Shown here: positions 19,996 through 30,266 of the stretch, piece by piece
Layout: every line of letters begins with the position of its first letter
Position numbering within the stretch: position 1 is the first letter of the stretch
Source of the DNA: Phormidesmis sp.
Lineage (GTDB): Bacteria; Cyanobacteriota; Cyanobacteriia; Leptolyngbyales; Leptolyngbyaceae
Length of the DNA stretch: 64,000 nucleotides
Direction of reading: 5' to 3'
Assembly (NCBI GenBank): GCA_965248535.1
Contig: CBDFJR010000002.1
Coordinates: forward strand, 800,001-864,000
Program-made: the position numbers and the translations under genes
The notes under the pieces: model-generated
Told to the model about the DNA's origin: nothing
Seen by the model: only the letters and a program-made list of their open reading frames with translations
Databases searched by the model: none

Positions 19996-21357
19996 ATGAG
20001 TCGTGAAATTTCCCCAGTGGGCGTTGACGAGCGGCTAATTCAAGCAGCGATCAAATCAGACCTTGAGGCGGTGACTGAAGGAGGGTTTCAGAGTCAGCTT
20101 GGGCCGCAAGAGACAACGCCTGAAGACGAGCTTGAGCGTCAGGCTGACTTACTCGATCAGTCCATTCAGCTTCCTGCTAAGGCAAAGGTGGCGTTGATTC
20201 GCAGGCTGATGTCTCACCTTGAAGCTGACAACATTCAAACCATTGTCGAATTTGGGTTAAGGGAGATCGGCGATCGTCATCGTCGCGGGGTAGCGGCCTC
20301 TGCCCTCGTCGAGCACAACACTCGACTGCTGCTCAAAAAAGACTACAGTTATCAAACTCGTGGTCTTGATGAACCCACTCAATATTTTGTCTATCTAAGG
20401 CGGCGCAAACCCAAATTAGACCGATATATTGGCACGCTGTTTCATGTGCCTCAAGGCTGTGTGCTTTCCTACTTTCTAGATGCTGAAGAACGGCTGATCT
20501 TCAACCCACCGCACAATGTTTTTCAACTACGAGACAGCAAAAATCCTGACATTGTTCAAGTGGTGCGGTTGATTTGCTTGGAGCCTCCCCCGCCAGACTA
20601 CACCTTTGCCAAGCAGCAAAATGACCTGCCCAACATTCAGCTACACCTAGAATATCTCGATCTCCAAACTCACCAACCCATTGCAAAGCTGACCTACCCG
20701 TTTCCGATGTGTATGCACGAGGGAGGCAAGCTCGATCGCTATCGCTGGGAAGTAACTACCGTCACCTCTTCGCCTGATCTGCCCATTGCCCGTCAACACT
20801 TTCCTCAAACCTCTGTGGTCGAGCCGTTGCCCTCAGCAGGTGTCGTCTCAGCAGCGCCCAAGTTTGACCCCAATCTCGCGCCCCTCGATCGCTCTAAGCC
20901 AGAGACTGCTCAACCCCTGCGCCGCGTGTTAGAGCTACAGCCAAAGCCCCTGACGTTTTATCTGAGCGATCGCGGTGACGCAGATGCAATTTTAAAGCGA
21001 ATGCGGTTGTGGGTAGCCTGGAGCGAGAAAGCCATGCCGCAATCAAAATGGGAGATTGTTCAAGATGCAGGCAGTTATACCCTGATGAATGCTCGGTTTA
21101 AACGACGAATTTTGCGATTCTCGCCTGACCTAAGCGCTGTCATCTTAGAGCATTCCCTGCCAGTTTTGATGAAATGGTTTCACGATTTGAGCTTGGCGGT
21201 GTCTCAGTCTCAAAACCAGCGACAATACACTTCGGTGCAATTAAAGCTGGCTCACACGCTGTTTATAGAAATGAGCCTACCTCAAACTGATCCCTTCATT
21301 GCTCTCAACAAATTGTTTGGCGCAGAGTTTTCTAAAACGTCTCCGACCAACACCTAG
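19996..21357 (+). CDS. Hypothetical protein, 453 aa; possible nucleic-acid-binding protein
   Basis: Long ORF with an ATG start and a basic segment YFVYLRRRKPKLDRYIG. No family recognised. Confidence 0.7.
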   Translation: MSREISPVGVDERLIQAAIKSDLEAVTEGGFQSQLGPQETTPEDELERQADLLDQSIQLPAKAKVALIRRLMSHLEADNIQTIVEFGLREIGDRHRRGVAASALVEHNTRLLLKKDYSYQTRGLDEPTQYFVYLRRRKPKLDRYIGTLFHVPQGCVLSYFLDAEERLIFNPPHNVFQLRDSKNPDIVQVVRLICLEPPPPDYTFAKQQNDLPNIQLHLEYLDLQTHQPIAKLTYPFPMCMHEGGKLDRYRWEVTTVTSSPDLPIARQHFPQTSVVEPLPSAGVVSAAPKFDPNLAPLDRSKPETAQPLRRVLELQPKPLTFYLSDRGDADAILKRMRLWVAWSEKAMPQSKWEIVQDAGSYTLMNARFKRRILRFSPDLSAVILEHSLPVLMKWFHDLSLAVSQSQNQRQYTSVQLKLAHTLFIEMSLPQTDPFIALNKLFGAEFSKTSPTNT

Positions 21358-21521
21358 CCCAAACCGTCTAACTCGCGGGCAACGGCAAGACCGCTAGCCA
21401 TCTGTTTAAAGCTGCAAAACTCGATCGGCTCCCAAAACCAGTTCTTAAGACTTGAAGGTTTGGGAGCACGATCGTTCTGCCTGTCACACTTGATTCAGGG
21501 TTGCTATGGCTGCAAAGTCTG

Positions 21522-22388
21522 CTACTTAAGCCCGATCTTCACCGTCTTTAGAGCCACAGAGGGCATTGGCGGCGCGTCTACGGCAGCAATTTGCAGCAAG
21601 GATGCGTCTGGCTCATAGCGTTGTATCATTGCTTGCTGCAACAACTCCTGCACCGGGAGACTATTGTAGAGAGGAGAACCCTCTAGTGACTTGATGGCAT
21701 CAATCACTCCCGGCCAATCTTCGGCAGATTGTGCGGCAACGGCCTGATTGAACAATTTAGCTTGTTGACTCCACCGCTGCTTGAGTTCTACGCTGCGATC
21801 GTGCCATTGGCTAGTGTCTGGAATGCTGTCTAACAGGGCGATCGCCGGAGCAATCTCACCTTGTTGAATGTGGTTGGTTGCTTGGCGCACTAGCTCTTGT
21901 GACCACTCTTCCTGAAGTTTTTGCACTAACTCATAGTGCTGACTATTTTTCGGAATTCCGGCGACGGTGGTGACGGCTACTGTCAACTGATCCCGGCTGG
22001 CAGCCGCCTGCGCTTGGTTTAACAAATCGGCGTATACCGCTTCCATTTTGCTGGGCAGCTTGTCAGATTGCCCATGGCTCTGCAACTGATCACTCCACTG
22101 ATGATTTAGAATTTTTTCGGGAGGTGCAGTCGTGAAGTATTGCACGGCTTTAGAACAATGCTTTTCTAAAGCGGCACTAGTGGGGATCTGGGGACAGGAT
22201 TGGGGGTTAACCTCTGACACGGCTGCTTGTGAGCCATTGTTAATCAACAGTGCAGAGCAAACAATCATGCCACTGCTAGCCGCCATTCTTAAATCAGAAG
22301 TCTGAACATTGAAGGGCAAACGGCGGTTTTTTTTGAAGGAGGGAGCGATCGAAGGGTCTGTAAACGGCTCTAATAGCTGATGGCTCAT
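21522..22388 (-). CDS. Hypothetical protein with TPR-like helical repeats (A...IP..S..Y...W)
   Basis: Repeats VAGIPKNSQHY...EWS and LDSIPDTSQWH...RWS, with a short hydrophobic segment near the N-terminus. Confidence 0.65.
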   Translation of the reverse strand: MSHQLLEPFTDPSIAPSFKKNRRLPFNVQTSDLRMAASSGMIVCSALLINNGSQAAVSEVNPQSCPQIPTSAALEKHCSKAVQYFTTAPPEKILNHQWSDQLQSHGQSDKLPSKMEAVYADLLNQAQAAASRDQLTVAVTTVAGIPKNSQHYELVQKLQEEWSQELVRQATNHIQQGEIAPAIALLDSIPDTSQWHDRSVELKQRWSQQAKLFNQAVAAQSAEDWPGVIDAIKSLEGSPLYNSLPVQELLQQAMIQRYEPDASLLQIAAVDAPPMPSVALKTVKIGLK

Positions 22389-22587
22389 AATTAGGAAAAT
22401 TACACAATGAACGATCGTGATATGGCAACCTGTTTTGAGTCGTGATTGATTCGCTCACAAACCCAAGATTGGAGAAACAAAACACGGATTCCGCCAACCT
22501 TGGGCTTTGAGGCGGTCGCTCTGCACCTCATGATTGATTGAGAGGGGCTATAACCCCAAACCATCAGAGGACTGTCGAGACCGAAGA

Positions 22588-23406
22588 TTAGACCAGGGTA
22601 AAATCGGCTGCTGAAAACTTGGATAGATTGGCCAATCCAGTTTCGCCCCGTTGATTATCTAAATTAGCCAACACGCTCACATCTCCACCATTGCTCAGAT
22701 CTTGAGAGTAGGCCAAACGGGTCAACCCCAAGGTCGAGTTGAAGTAAACAAACGCGCCTTCGTGAGCGGTGATCTGATCATTGTTGGCGATCGCACGAGC
22801 CGCCGCCCCTGCTGCCGGAAAGGGATCGGTGAGCACAATTACGTTACTGTCTCCAGCAATCTGAGACGACTGTCCTTTTTGAAACTTGAGGGTGTCAAGG
22901 TTCAGATCAAACTTGTTGAATGCAAATTTATCTTCTCCGATCGTAAAGTCTGAAATCACATCAGGCTGGTTTAGAACATTGATGCCTGTTTTGCCAGCAG
23001 GTGCCGGAATGCCGTTGGCAAACACATCGCCCGTGTAGACAAACTGATCGGCTCCTGCGCCGCCCGTGAGTTGATCGACTCCATTGCCGCCAACCAGCAG
23101 ATCATTGCCCGCATCACCCATGATTAGATCGTTGCCATTGCCGCCTGAGAGCCGATCATTGCCAGTGCCCCCAAACAAGGCATCATTGCCGTTGTCGCCG
23201 GAGAGAAAATCGTTGCCATCATTGCCGAGCAGCAAATCGTTGCCTTCTTTACCTCTAGCAACGTTGTTGGTGGTGTTGCCAACAAACAGATCATTGGTTT
23301 GTGCGGTGCCGTTAAAAGATAAACCATCGGTGGCGCGATTGACGGTAGTGATGTCGTTTAAGAGCGCTAAGACTGTCTGTAGTCCAATTTGGGCGTTAGT
23401 AGTCAT
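22588..23406 (-). CDS. RTX (hemolysin-type Ca-binding) secreted protein
   Basis: Tandem GxxGNDxLx nonapeptides; DVISDFTIGEDK and terminal FSAADFTLV are typical of T1SS substrates. Confidence 0.9.
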   Translation of the reverse strand: MTTNAQIGLQTVLALLNDITTVNRATDGLSFNGTAQTNDLFVGNTTNNVARGKEGNDLLLGNDGNDFLSGDNGNDALFGGTGNDRLSGGNGNDLIMGDAGNDLLVGGNGVDQLTGGAGADQFVYTGDVFANGIPAPAGKTGINVLNQPDVISDFTIGEDKFAFNKFDLNLDTLKFQKGQSSQIAGDSNVIVLTDPFPAAGAAARAIANNDQITAHEGAFVYFNSTLGLTRLAYSQDLSNGGDVSVLANLDNQRGETGLANLSKFSAADFTLV

Positions 23407-23898
23407 GGTGATTTCCTTAAGATTGATTGAACTCTAGAGCGGCTCAAGTCAGCTTATAAACTAGAAGCTGTGGCCACTTGGATTCGGTTGGTTGAAATGA
23501 TCTGAGGGGCGATCGCACTGAGCAAAATCGGCTAACAGCACGAACCCAGCACCCTGCCTTTGCCACCCCTGATAAAGTCTGCCGTTGATCTCGCTTGAAT
23601 GAATCTTTAGGATGGACTGGTCAGACTCAACGAATTAGCTACCCACTCCATGAGTTTACTATGAAGCTTCACTCTATACCAAGGTTAAAGAACTAAATGG
23701 ATTTCTCCAACCTGGTAATCTCAGAACTTTCTAAAGACAGCCTAACTTTTTTATACCTGCCTAAGTTTGCGAGTCTAGAGTGATATCTAGAAAAAAATCG
23801 TCTCAATACTGGGACTATAACGTAATTTTAGCGATCGCATCTAGCGAATTCACTCAGTGTTTGGTGTTTTATTTTTAACCAAAAAGCCGTAATATTGC

Positions 23899-23936
23899 TA
23901 ATTAGAACCCACTGATTTGAGAAATTGTTCTAATTA
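23899..23936. promoter_or_regulatory. Palindrome copy 2: TAATTAGAAC-N18-GTTCTAATTA
   Basis: Perfect 10-bp inverted repeat in the divergent RTX/T1SS intergenic region. Confidence 0.6.
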
Positions 23937-24135
23937 AATAATTTATCAAATAGTATCCGGGTTGTTGCGGGTTAGCCTGTATAAATGACAGTCAGGATGT
24001 AGCTGACTGCTGGTTAATGCACACCAATATCCACCTAGAAATTTTCTGGTGACGAGTTTAGATCTCTGGGCACAAGTCCTTAACCCCTTGAACCCTTGAA
24101 GCCTGCGGAGTTAATAGAAAACCTACGGCGGTAGT

Positions 24136-24169
24136 TAATTAGAACTTAATTTATGGTTGGTTCTAATTA
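24136..24169. promoter_or_regulatory. Palindrome copy 3: TAATTAGAAC-N14-GTTCTAATTA
   Basis: Perfect 10-bp inverted repeat, followed by TAGACA-N17-TAGCCT (24173-24201), a possible promoter. Confidence 0.6.
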
Positions 24170-24343
24170 GTCTAGACAGGCGGTAGATAGTGTTGTAGCC
24201 TGTGAAACGATGAGGCATTGCCATGATCTAGATTGTTGACTAGTTCATAAAAACTATATGCGTGGTTTCTCAATCTGCTGATTCACCGCGACACACGTTA
24301 GCTGATCAAAAAGATTGTCTATTTGAACATTTGGAACACTTCC

Positions 24344-25135
24344 ATGAGTAGCTGCTTAAAGATTGGTAGTCGCCTGTTAGATGGTGACCAAATTATCTCT
24401 GCTTTAGTTCAATACAAGCTTCTAGAACCGCTAGTTGGGCATCTCTTGTTAGACGAAGTGGTTAAAGAAGTTCCTCTATTAAAACAGGAGGTTTTTCACA
24501 CTCTAGTAGGCGAGAGCGAGACCCCCATACCCGATGACTTTGAGGGTTTTTTAACTCAATGGTGTCAACAAAAGGAGATTGCCCTAGAGTATTTTAAGAC
24601 CGTGATGATGCGCGAGTGGCAACTGCAAAAATTTAAACAACTTCAGTTTGATGATCAAGTAGAGTCAGAGTTTCTTCGCATTAAGTCAGATCTCGATCGA
24701 GTGGAATATTCACTGATTCAGCTTGATGATGGGGCGTTGGCCCAAGAAGTCTATTTTCAGCTTCGAGACGATGGCGTAGAGTTTGCTCAACTTGCCCAAG
24801 CATACTCATTGGGGCGTGAGCGACACGCAGGCGGATTAGTCGGCCCAGTGGCATTTTCGACACTGCCGATCGACGTTGCGGCCTTATTTCATCACCAACA
24901 AACGGGAATAGTTTACGCTCCGGTGCCTGTCGGCGATCGATTTTGGGTAGTGCGACTAGAGCGAGTCATTGCTGCTCGGCTGACTGAGGTAACTCGATCG
25001 GCTGTGGTCGATCGTCTCTATACTCAATGGCTGCAAACGCAAGTTCAAAAAGTGATGGATACACCGGGAGCGATCGCGGTGCAGTCCAATACAACAGAGC
25101 AATCTTTAGAACTCCAACGTGTTCCCTCTGGGTAG
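24344..25135 (+). CDS. Parvulin/PpiC-type peptidyl-prolyl isomerase (T1SS-associated)
   Basis: Motifs LDRVEYSLIQ...AQEVYFQL and FAQLAQAYSLGRERHAGGLVGPV, in the usual position upstream of cyanobacterial hlyB. Confidence 0.85.
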   Translation: MSSCLKIGSRLLDGDQIISALVQYKLLEPLVGHLLLDEVVKEVPLLKQEVFHTLVGESETPIPDDFEGFLTQWCQQKEIALEYFKTVMMREWQLQKFKQLQFDDQVESEFLRIKSDLDRVEYSLIQLDDGALAQEVYFQLRDDGVEFAQLAQAYSLGRERHAGGLVGPVAFSTLPIDVAALFHHQQTGIVYAPVPVGDRFWVVRLERVIAARLTEVTRSAVVDRLYTQWLQTQVQKVMDTPGAIAVQSNTTEQSLELQRVPSG

Positions 25136-25192
25136 CCTTCAATTCCTTAGGAGATGAGATTAACAGAGTTTACAGCGTGAGGATTCGTATCA

Positions 25193-28175
25193 ATGATGCA
25201 AAGTGATGAACGAATGCAATCGTTTCTGACAGATTTTTTTACGGCATGGCTGTTTAAACCTTTGCCCGATCATTTGCGAGGCGCGATCGCGGCAAAACTG
25301 CGGTTGTGTTCTTTTCAGCCGGGGGCGGTGATTTATCCCCCAACCGAGTTGCCGTCAGATGTTCACTTTATTGTGCAGGGAAGCGTGCGGATTCTCGGCG
25401 CTGATTCTCAAAAAAATCCAACGCTGGGGGTGCTAGGGCCGGGCACTGTGATCGGGTGGGATAGCTTGATTCGTCGCGTTGGAGAGGGATCAGTGCGCGC
25501 TGCAATGACTCCTCAGGTCGCCGATCGAGAAGTGTTGACGCTGGCCCTTGCAGCCGATGAATTTGAATCACTGGCCTTAAACTATCTCATGCCTGTGTTG
25601 ATGCAGCAGGTAAGTTTATTAGAACTCTTTGATACTCTGTCTCGTGCGCTGTCGCATTTGCTCGATCCAACCTCTGATCTCGATTTGTCAGAAGTCGTGC
25701 AGTCGATCGATCGAGGACAGTTTGCCGTTGCTCAACATTGGGATGCAGCCATGCCAGAGGCGCGATCGCTGACGCTCTCCGACGATCGTATCTGGCTAGT
25801 CAGCGGAGGTGGAGGGTTGAACTTGCCGATCGGAACTCCGATCACCCACGTCAACCAATTGCAGCAAACTCGTCCGTCTCGATTTCCGGTGCGGTTGTTG
25901 GGACTCGATCGCGTCTGCCTAACCTCAACCCTTCAACAAACTCCGGCAATTCTCGCCCCGATCGAGCCTTCTGCTCCCATTTCTGCCCCTGATGATAAAG
26001 CCTATCCTGCCTGGAAGTCGCGTTCTCTAGAACCGATCGAGGACATTGTAGCGTGCTTTGGAATGGTCTGTGAGCGCCTACAGGTGCCCTATCGTCCCGA
26101 CTCTATGCGCCGCTCACTCAAACAGCAATCGCTCGATCGGTTTAAACCCGTCGATCTGTATATGCGGATTGCTCAAGCGATCGGGCTAAATGCTCAAGTG
26201 ATTAACTTCACGCCTACGGGCGGCGGCATCAATCGGCTGATCACTCCGGCGCTGATTCAGTTTGGGGATGTGTTTGCTGTGCTCTATAGCGTCACACCGA
26301 CCATGACCGTGTTGGGGTCACCCCGAACTGGATTGGTGCGCTTGACTCCCGATCGGTTAGCAGAACGCTTGACGATCGAGTCTCCTTCAGGCTCCGGGGC
26401 AGCGGCTTGTCGAGCGATCGTGCTCGATCGACTTGGTGTCTACGCCGACCAAGCGGTTTGGGTTCCAGCGGTTTGTGCCTATGGTGATCAAACAGCGCGA
26501 TATTTTGGTGCAGGTTCTGCTGGCTTCGATCGTCATTCAACTGTTGAGTTTGGGCAATCCCTTATTAGTGCAGCAGGTAGTCGATAACGTGATTATCGGG
26601 GCCAATGTAGGCGCGATGTCAACGTTTGGAACGTTGATGATTGTGTTTGCACTTCTAGAAGGGGTGTTGACTATTCTGCGGACGCAAATGTTGACCAGCA
26701 CCACCAACCGCATGGATCTGCATCTAGGCGTTGAAATTGTGCGACATCTGCTGCATTTGCCCCTAAAGTTTTTTGAACAGCGTCCAGTCGGAGAGCTAGC
26801 TTCGCGGTTATTAGAATTAGAAAACATTCGTCAATTTATGACAGAGACGGCAATCACTACAGTGATGGATGTCGTGTTTTCGATATTTTATATTGGCGTA
26901 ATGCTTCTTTATAGCACTCGTTTAACGCTGTGCGTTCTGGCGACAGTTCCTATTGTAATTATTTCGACCCTGCTGATGTCTAAAATTCAGCAAAAACTGA
27001 TTCGGGTTAAAGCCGATCAGGGGGCAAAAGTGCAGTCCTATATGGTCGAAGTTTTAAGCGGCATTGCGTCGGTTAAATCTCAGCACATGGAGTCTTTAGT
27101 CGAAGCAACCTGGCGCGATCGCTATGTGCAATATCTGACCAGTGGCTTCACAACCTCAAACATCAACACAGTCTTTTATTCCTATAGTAATTTTCTCAAC
27201 ACAGTCAGCAGTTTGTTGGTGCTGTGGGTCGGTGCCGAACTGGTGCTGAAGGGTGAATTAACTCTGGGTGGACTGATCGCCTTTCGCATTTTGACGGGGT
27301 ATGTGACGGGCCCACTTTTGCGCTTGGCGCGGCTCTGGCAGCGATTTCAAGAAACCTCACTGTCGATGGAACTGCTCGCCGACATTGTAGACTCGCCTGC
27401 CGAAGAAGAGTTATCTCAAGAACAAAAACTGCAAATTCCCCCGATCGTGGGGCGAGTTCAATATCACGAGGTTTGTTTTGGGTTTAACCCAGGGCAACTG
27501 CAATTATCAGAGATTCAGTTAGACATTGCGCCCGGCACCTTTGTCGGCATCGTGGGTCAGAGCGGCTCTGGAAAAAGCACGTTAATGAAACTGTTGCCGC
27601 GTTTATATTTACCTCAGAGCGGCAGCATTACCATTGATGATTATGATGTTTGCAAAGTTGATTTGCACTCTCTGCGATCGCAGGTGGGTGTGGTCTCTCA
27701 AGATGCCGTCTTATTTCAAGGCACGATTCGAGACAACATTGCCCTGTTTGAAAATTTGCCCGATGAGGTGGTGATGGAAGCGGCACGGGTCGCTGATGCT
27801 CACGAGTTTATCATGCAGTTGCCCGATGGCTATGCGACGCAAATTGGCGAACGCGGCGCGGCTCTCTCAGGCGGTCAGCGACAGCGAATCGCGATCGCTC
27901 GCGTCGTGCTTCGCAACCCCCGACTGCTGATTTTTGATGAGGCCACAAGCGCCTTGGATTATGAGACTGAGCGCCGAGTTTGCACCAATTTGATGCAGCG
28001 ATTTCAGGGTCGCACCTGCTTTTTTATCACCCATCGACTGAATACGATCGCCCGCTCAGATTGGATTCTCTTTATGCAGTCTGGCATCATTGCCGAGCAA
28101 GGAACCCATCAAGATTTGATGGCACGTCGTCAACTTTATTACTGCCTCTATGCTCAACAATCACGGCAGCCCTAA
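25193..28175 (+). CDS. hlyB: HlyB-family type I secretion ABC transporter (cNMP-like + C39-like + TMD + NBD); +1 frameshift near 26433 as written
   Basis: N-terminal cNMP-like region and ACFGM segment; NBD motifs GQSGSGKST, LSGGQRQR and DEATSALD. ORFs 25193-26587 and 26433-28175 join if one base is removed from 'cgacttggtg'. Confidence 0.85.
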
Positions 28176-28228
28176 GCAGCCAAAGGATTGTTTACAGAAA
28201 TCACCTATTGCTTGTCTGGAGAAAATCT

Positions 28229-29701
28229 ATGCGTCGTCCTCGATTGTTTGCACCTTTAGGAGCACTGAAAACCCGTTACCGAACCATGCAAGATCAGGTC
28301 GAACAAGATCTGGAAACTAAAGCAACAGGGCTACCCGCCGCTGGCAACTGGACAAAGCGACTGACGCAAGTGATTCTGCTAGGAGTCACGGTTGGGGTTG
28401 GCTGGTCAGTGTTGGCGCGAGTAGATGTGGTCGTCAACGCCAGTGGTAAATTAGAGCCACAGTCCCAGTCTCAAGTGGTGCAGGCGAGAGCAGGCGGAGT
28501 CGTGACGGCGGTGCTAGTGCGCGAAGGTGAATCAGTGAAACAAGGGCAACTGTTGATGCAGTTCGATCGGACATCACTACTCAATCGACTGCAAGAGTTG
28601 TTGCTTCAACGTCAGAGACTGGTGAAAGAAATAGCGGTGCTGCGAGTTGCCCAACAGGGAAAATCATTGCCAACGGCGGGAAAGAGCAATCTTGAGATCT
28701 CACCCGAACTGACGAGCCAGGTGCAGACGCGCTTGCTGTTGGTGGCTCAACTCACCGGAAACCCCAGCAGTCTTGCGCCCGATCAGCTTCGACGATATAA
28801 CCTCTTTCAACAGCAATTGCGCGATCGTCAATCGCTCAGTCAGCTACAAAAGTCCACGTTGCTAACCAAAATAGCTGACTCTGATGCCCAGATTACTCAA
28901 ACTCAGTTTCAGCTACAGCGAGAGCAAGAACTGCTGGCAAATTTGCGCCCATTAGTCCAGCAAGGTGCGATTCCTCGTGTCACCTTGTTGCAGCGTGAAG
29001 TCGGAGTTGGCGATCTGCAAAAACAACTGATCCAGAATCGGCTGCAAAAAGAGCAGGTAGAAATCGGGCAACTGCAAACCAGAGTTGAAGACAGCAAACT
29101 GCTAAATGAAACCCAACAGGATTTGCAAAAACAGTTGGCAGAATTAGATGCCAAATTTGACTCCATTATTAAAGACAATCAGCGCCAGATGATTGAAGTA
29201 GACTCGCAGTTGAATCAAAGTCGGCTTGATCTCAAAAATCAGGGGTTGCGCGCTCCCACCGATGGAGTGGTGTTTGAACTGGGGTCAAAACTGCCGGGTG
29301 CCGTCACTCAGCCCGGTCAGACGCTGCTGCAAGTGGTGCCTAATGAGTCGTTGACAGCACGGGTGCAGGTAGCCAATGCTGATATCGCCAATGTTCGGGT
29401 GGGGATGCCTGTTGATGTTCGCATTGATGCTTATCCCTTCACTGAGTTTGGCTCTGTCAAAGGGGTAATCTCAAAAGTAGGCAGCGAAGCGGTTCCGGTG
29501 AGTCAGCAGTCCCCGCGATCGACCGTTTTCCCCATCGAAGTGCGGCTCGATCGCCAGTTTCTTGAGCGGCGATCGCAGCGATTTTCCCTCACACCGGGCA
29601 TGACCATCACGACTTTGATCAAAGTTCGTCAACGTGCGCCTATTAGTTATGTCACCGAAGAAATCACCAAGGCCTTTGATGGCATTAAATCTGTTCGCTA
29701 G
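28229..29701 (+). CDS. hlyD: HlyD-family membrane fusion protein
   Basis: TM anchor, motifs ASGKLEP and LVREGESVKQGQLL, a long coiled coil, and IDAYPFTEFG. ATG 28229 follows GGAG. Confidence 0.92.
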   Translation: MRRPRLFAPLGALKTRYRTMQDQVEQDLETKATGLPAAGNWTKRLTQVILLGVTVGVGWSVLARVDVVVNASGKLEPQSQSQVVQARAGGVVTAVLVREGESVKQGQLLMQFDRTSLLNRLQELLLQRQRLVKEIAVLRVAQQGKSLPTAGKSNLEISPELTSQVQTRLLLVAQLTGNPSSLAPDQLRRYNLFQQQLRDRQSLSQLQKSTLLTKIADSDAQITQTQFQLQREQELLANLRPLVQQGAIPRVTLLQREVGVGDLQKQLIQNRLQKEQVEIGQLQTRVEDSKLLNETQQDLQKQLAELDAKFDSIIKDNQRQMIEVDSQLNQSRLDLKNQGLRAPTDGVVFELGSKLPGAVTQPGQTLLQVVPNESLTARVQVANADIANVRVGMPVDVRIDAYPFTEFGSVKGVISKVGSEAVPVSQQSPRSTVFPIEVRLDRQFLERRSQRFSLTPGMTITTLIKVRQRAPISYVTEEITKAFDGIKSVR

Positions 29702-29707
29702 CCGAAT

Positions 29708-29791
29708 TAATTGGAACTAGTAATAATTTGGTTCTAATTAATGCAATTTAATTCAAAAAGGGGTTGCCATTCGCTCGAAGTTTGTTATAGT
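29708..29791 (+). promoter_or_regulatory. Palindrome copy 4 (TAATTGGAAC-N13-GTTCTAATTA, 29708-29740) plus a downstream sigma70-like promoter TTGCCA-N16-TATAGT
   Basis: The inverted repeat has 1 mismatch. -35 at 29764-29769; extended -10 TGTTATAGT ends at 29791. Confidence 0.55.
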
Positions 29792-30266
29792 AGTTGCAGG
29801 GCGACGATGGGACTCAGAAGAACTCAAATCTCCACTCTGCCCAAGCGTTTTAACTCTTTTCACTCACCTGCATCTACCGCAGAGATCTTAGCGACATGAT
29901 CGCCCTTAGAACCTTCTAAGCATAGACTCCACAGATTTCTGGGTGATTTTCTTGGCTTGTGCAAGATTGAGACTATTGTTTCTTAAGTCCATGATCACCG
30001 CTTCAGGGTGAAATCAGAGCATAGATTAATTCTGAAACCTTAGCAGGAATCAGATGTGCATAATCACTACTGTTCAATCAGCCTCTAATTTACGAAGTAA
30101 ACCTTTTGTAAATTATGGCAACACCTGCTATCAGAGCTAATCTATCTATCGTTGTTAAAACTGATTTCTACCTGCCAAAAATTGACTGATAAAACTCTAC
30201 ATCAGCCTTGATGTCAGCAGTTTAATCTTTGCAGACTGTCCTTTTTCTTAACCGTTAGGAGCCACT

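Noticed and set aside
20380..20433. GIY-YIG nuclease call for the 453-aa protein (FVY-x10-YIG)
   Set aside because: The spacing fits, but the conserved downstream Arg helix is not evident. It is kept only as a possible nucleic-acid-binding hint.
27980..28228. 83-aa N-terminal extension of HlyD in the ORF track
   Set aside because: It overlaps the hlyB 3' end in another frame. ATG 28229 has an RBS and gives a normal HlyD.
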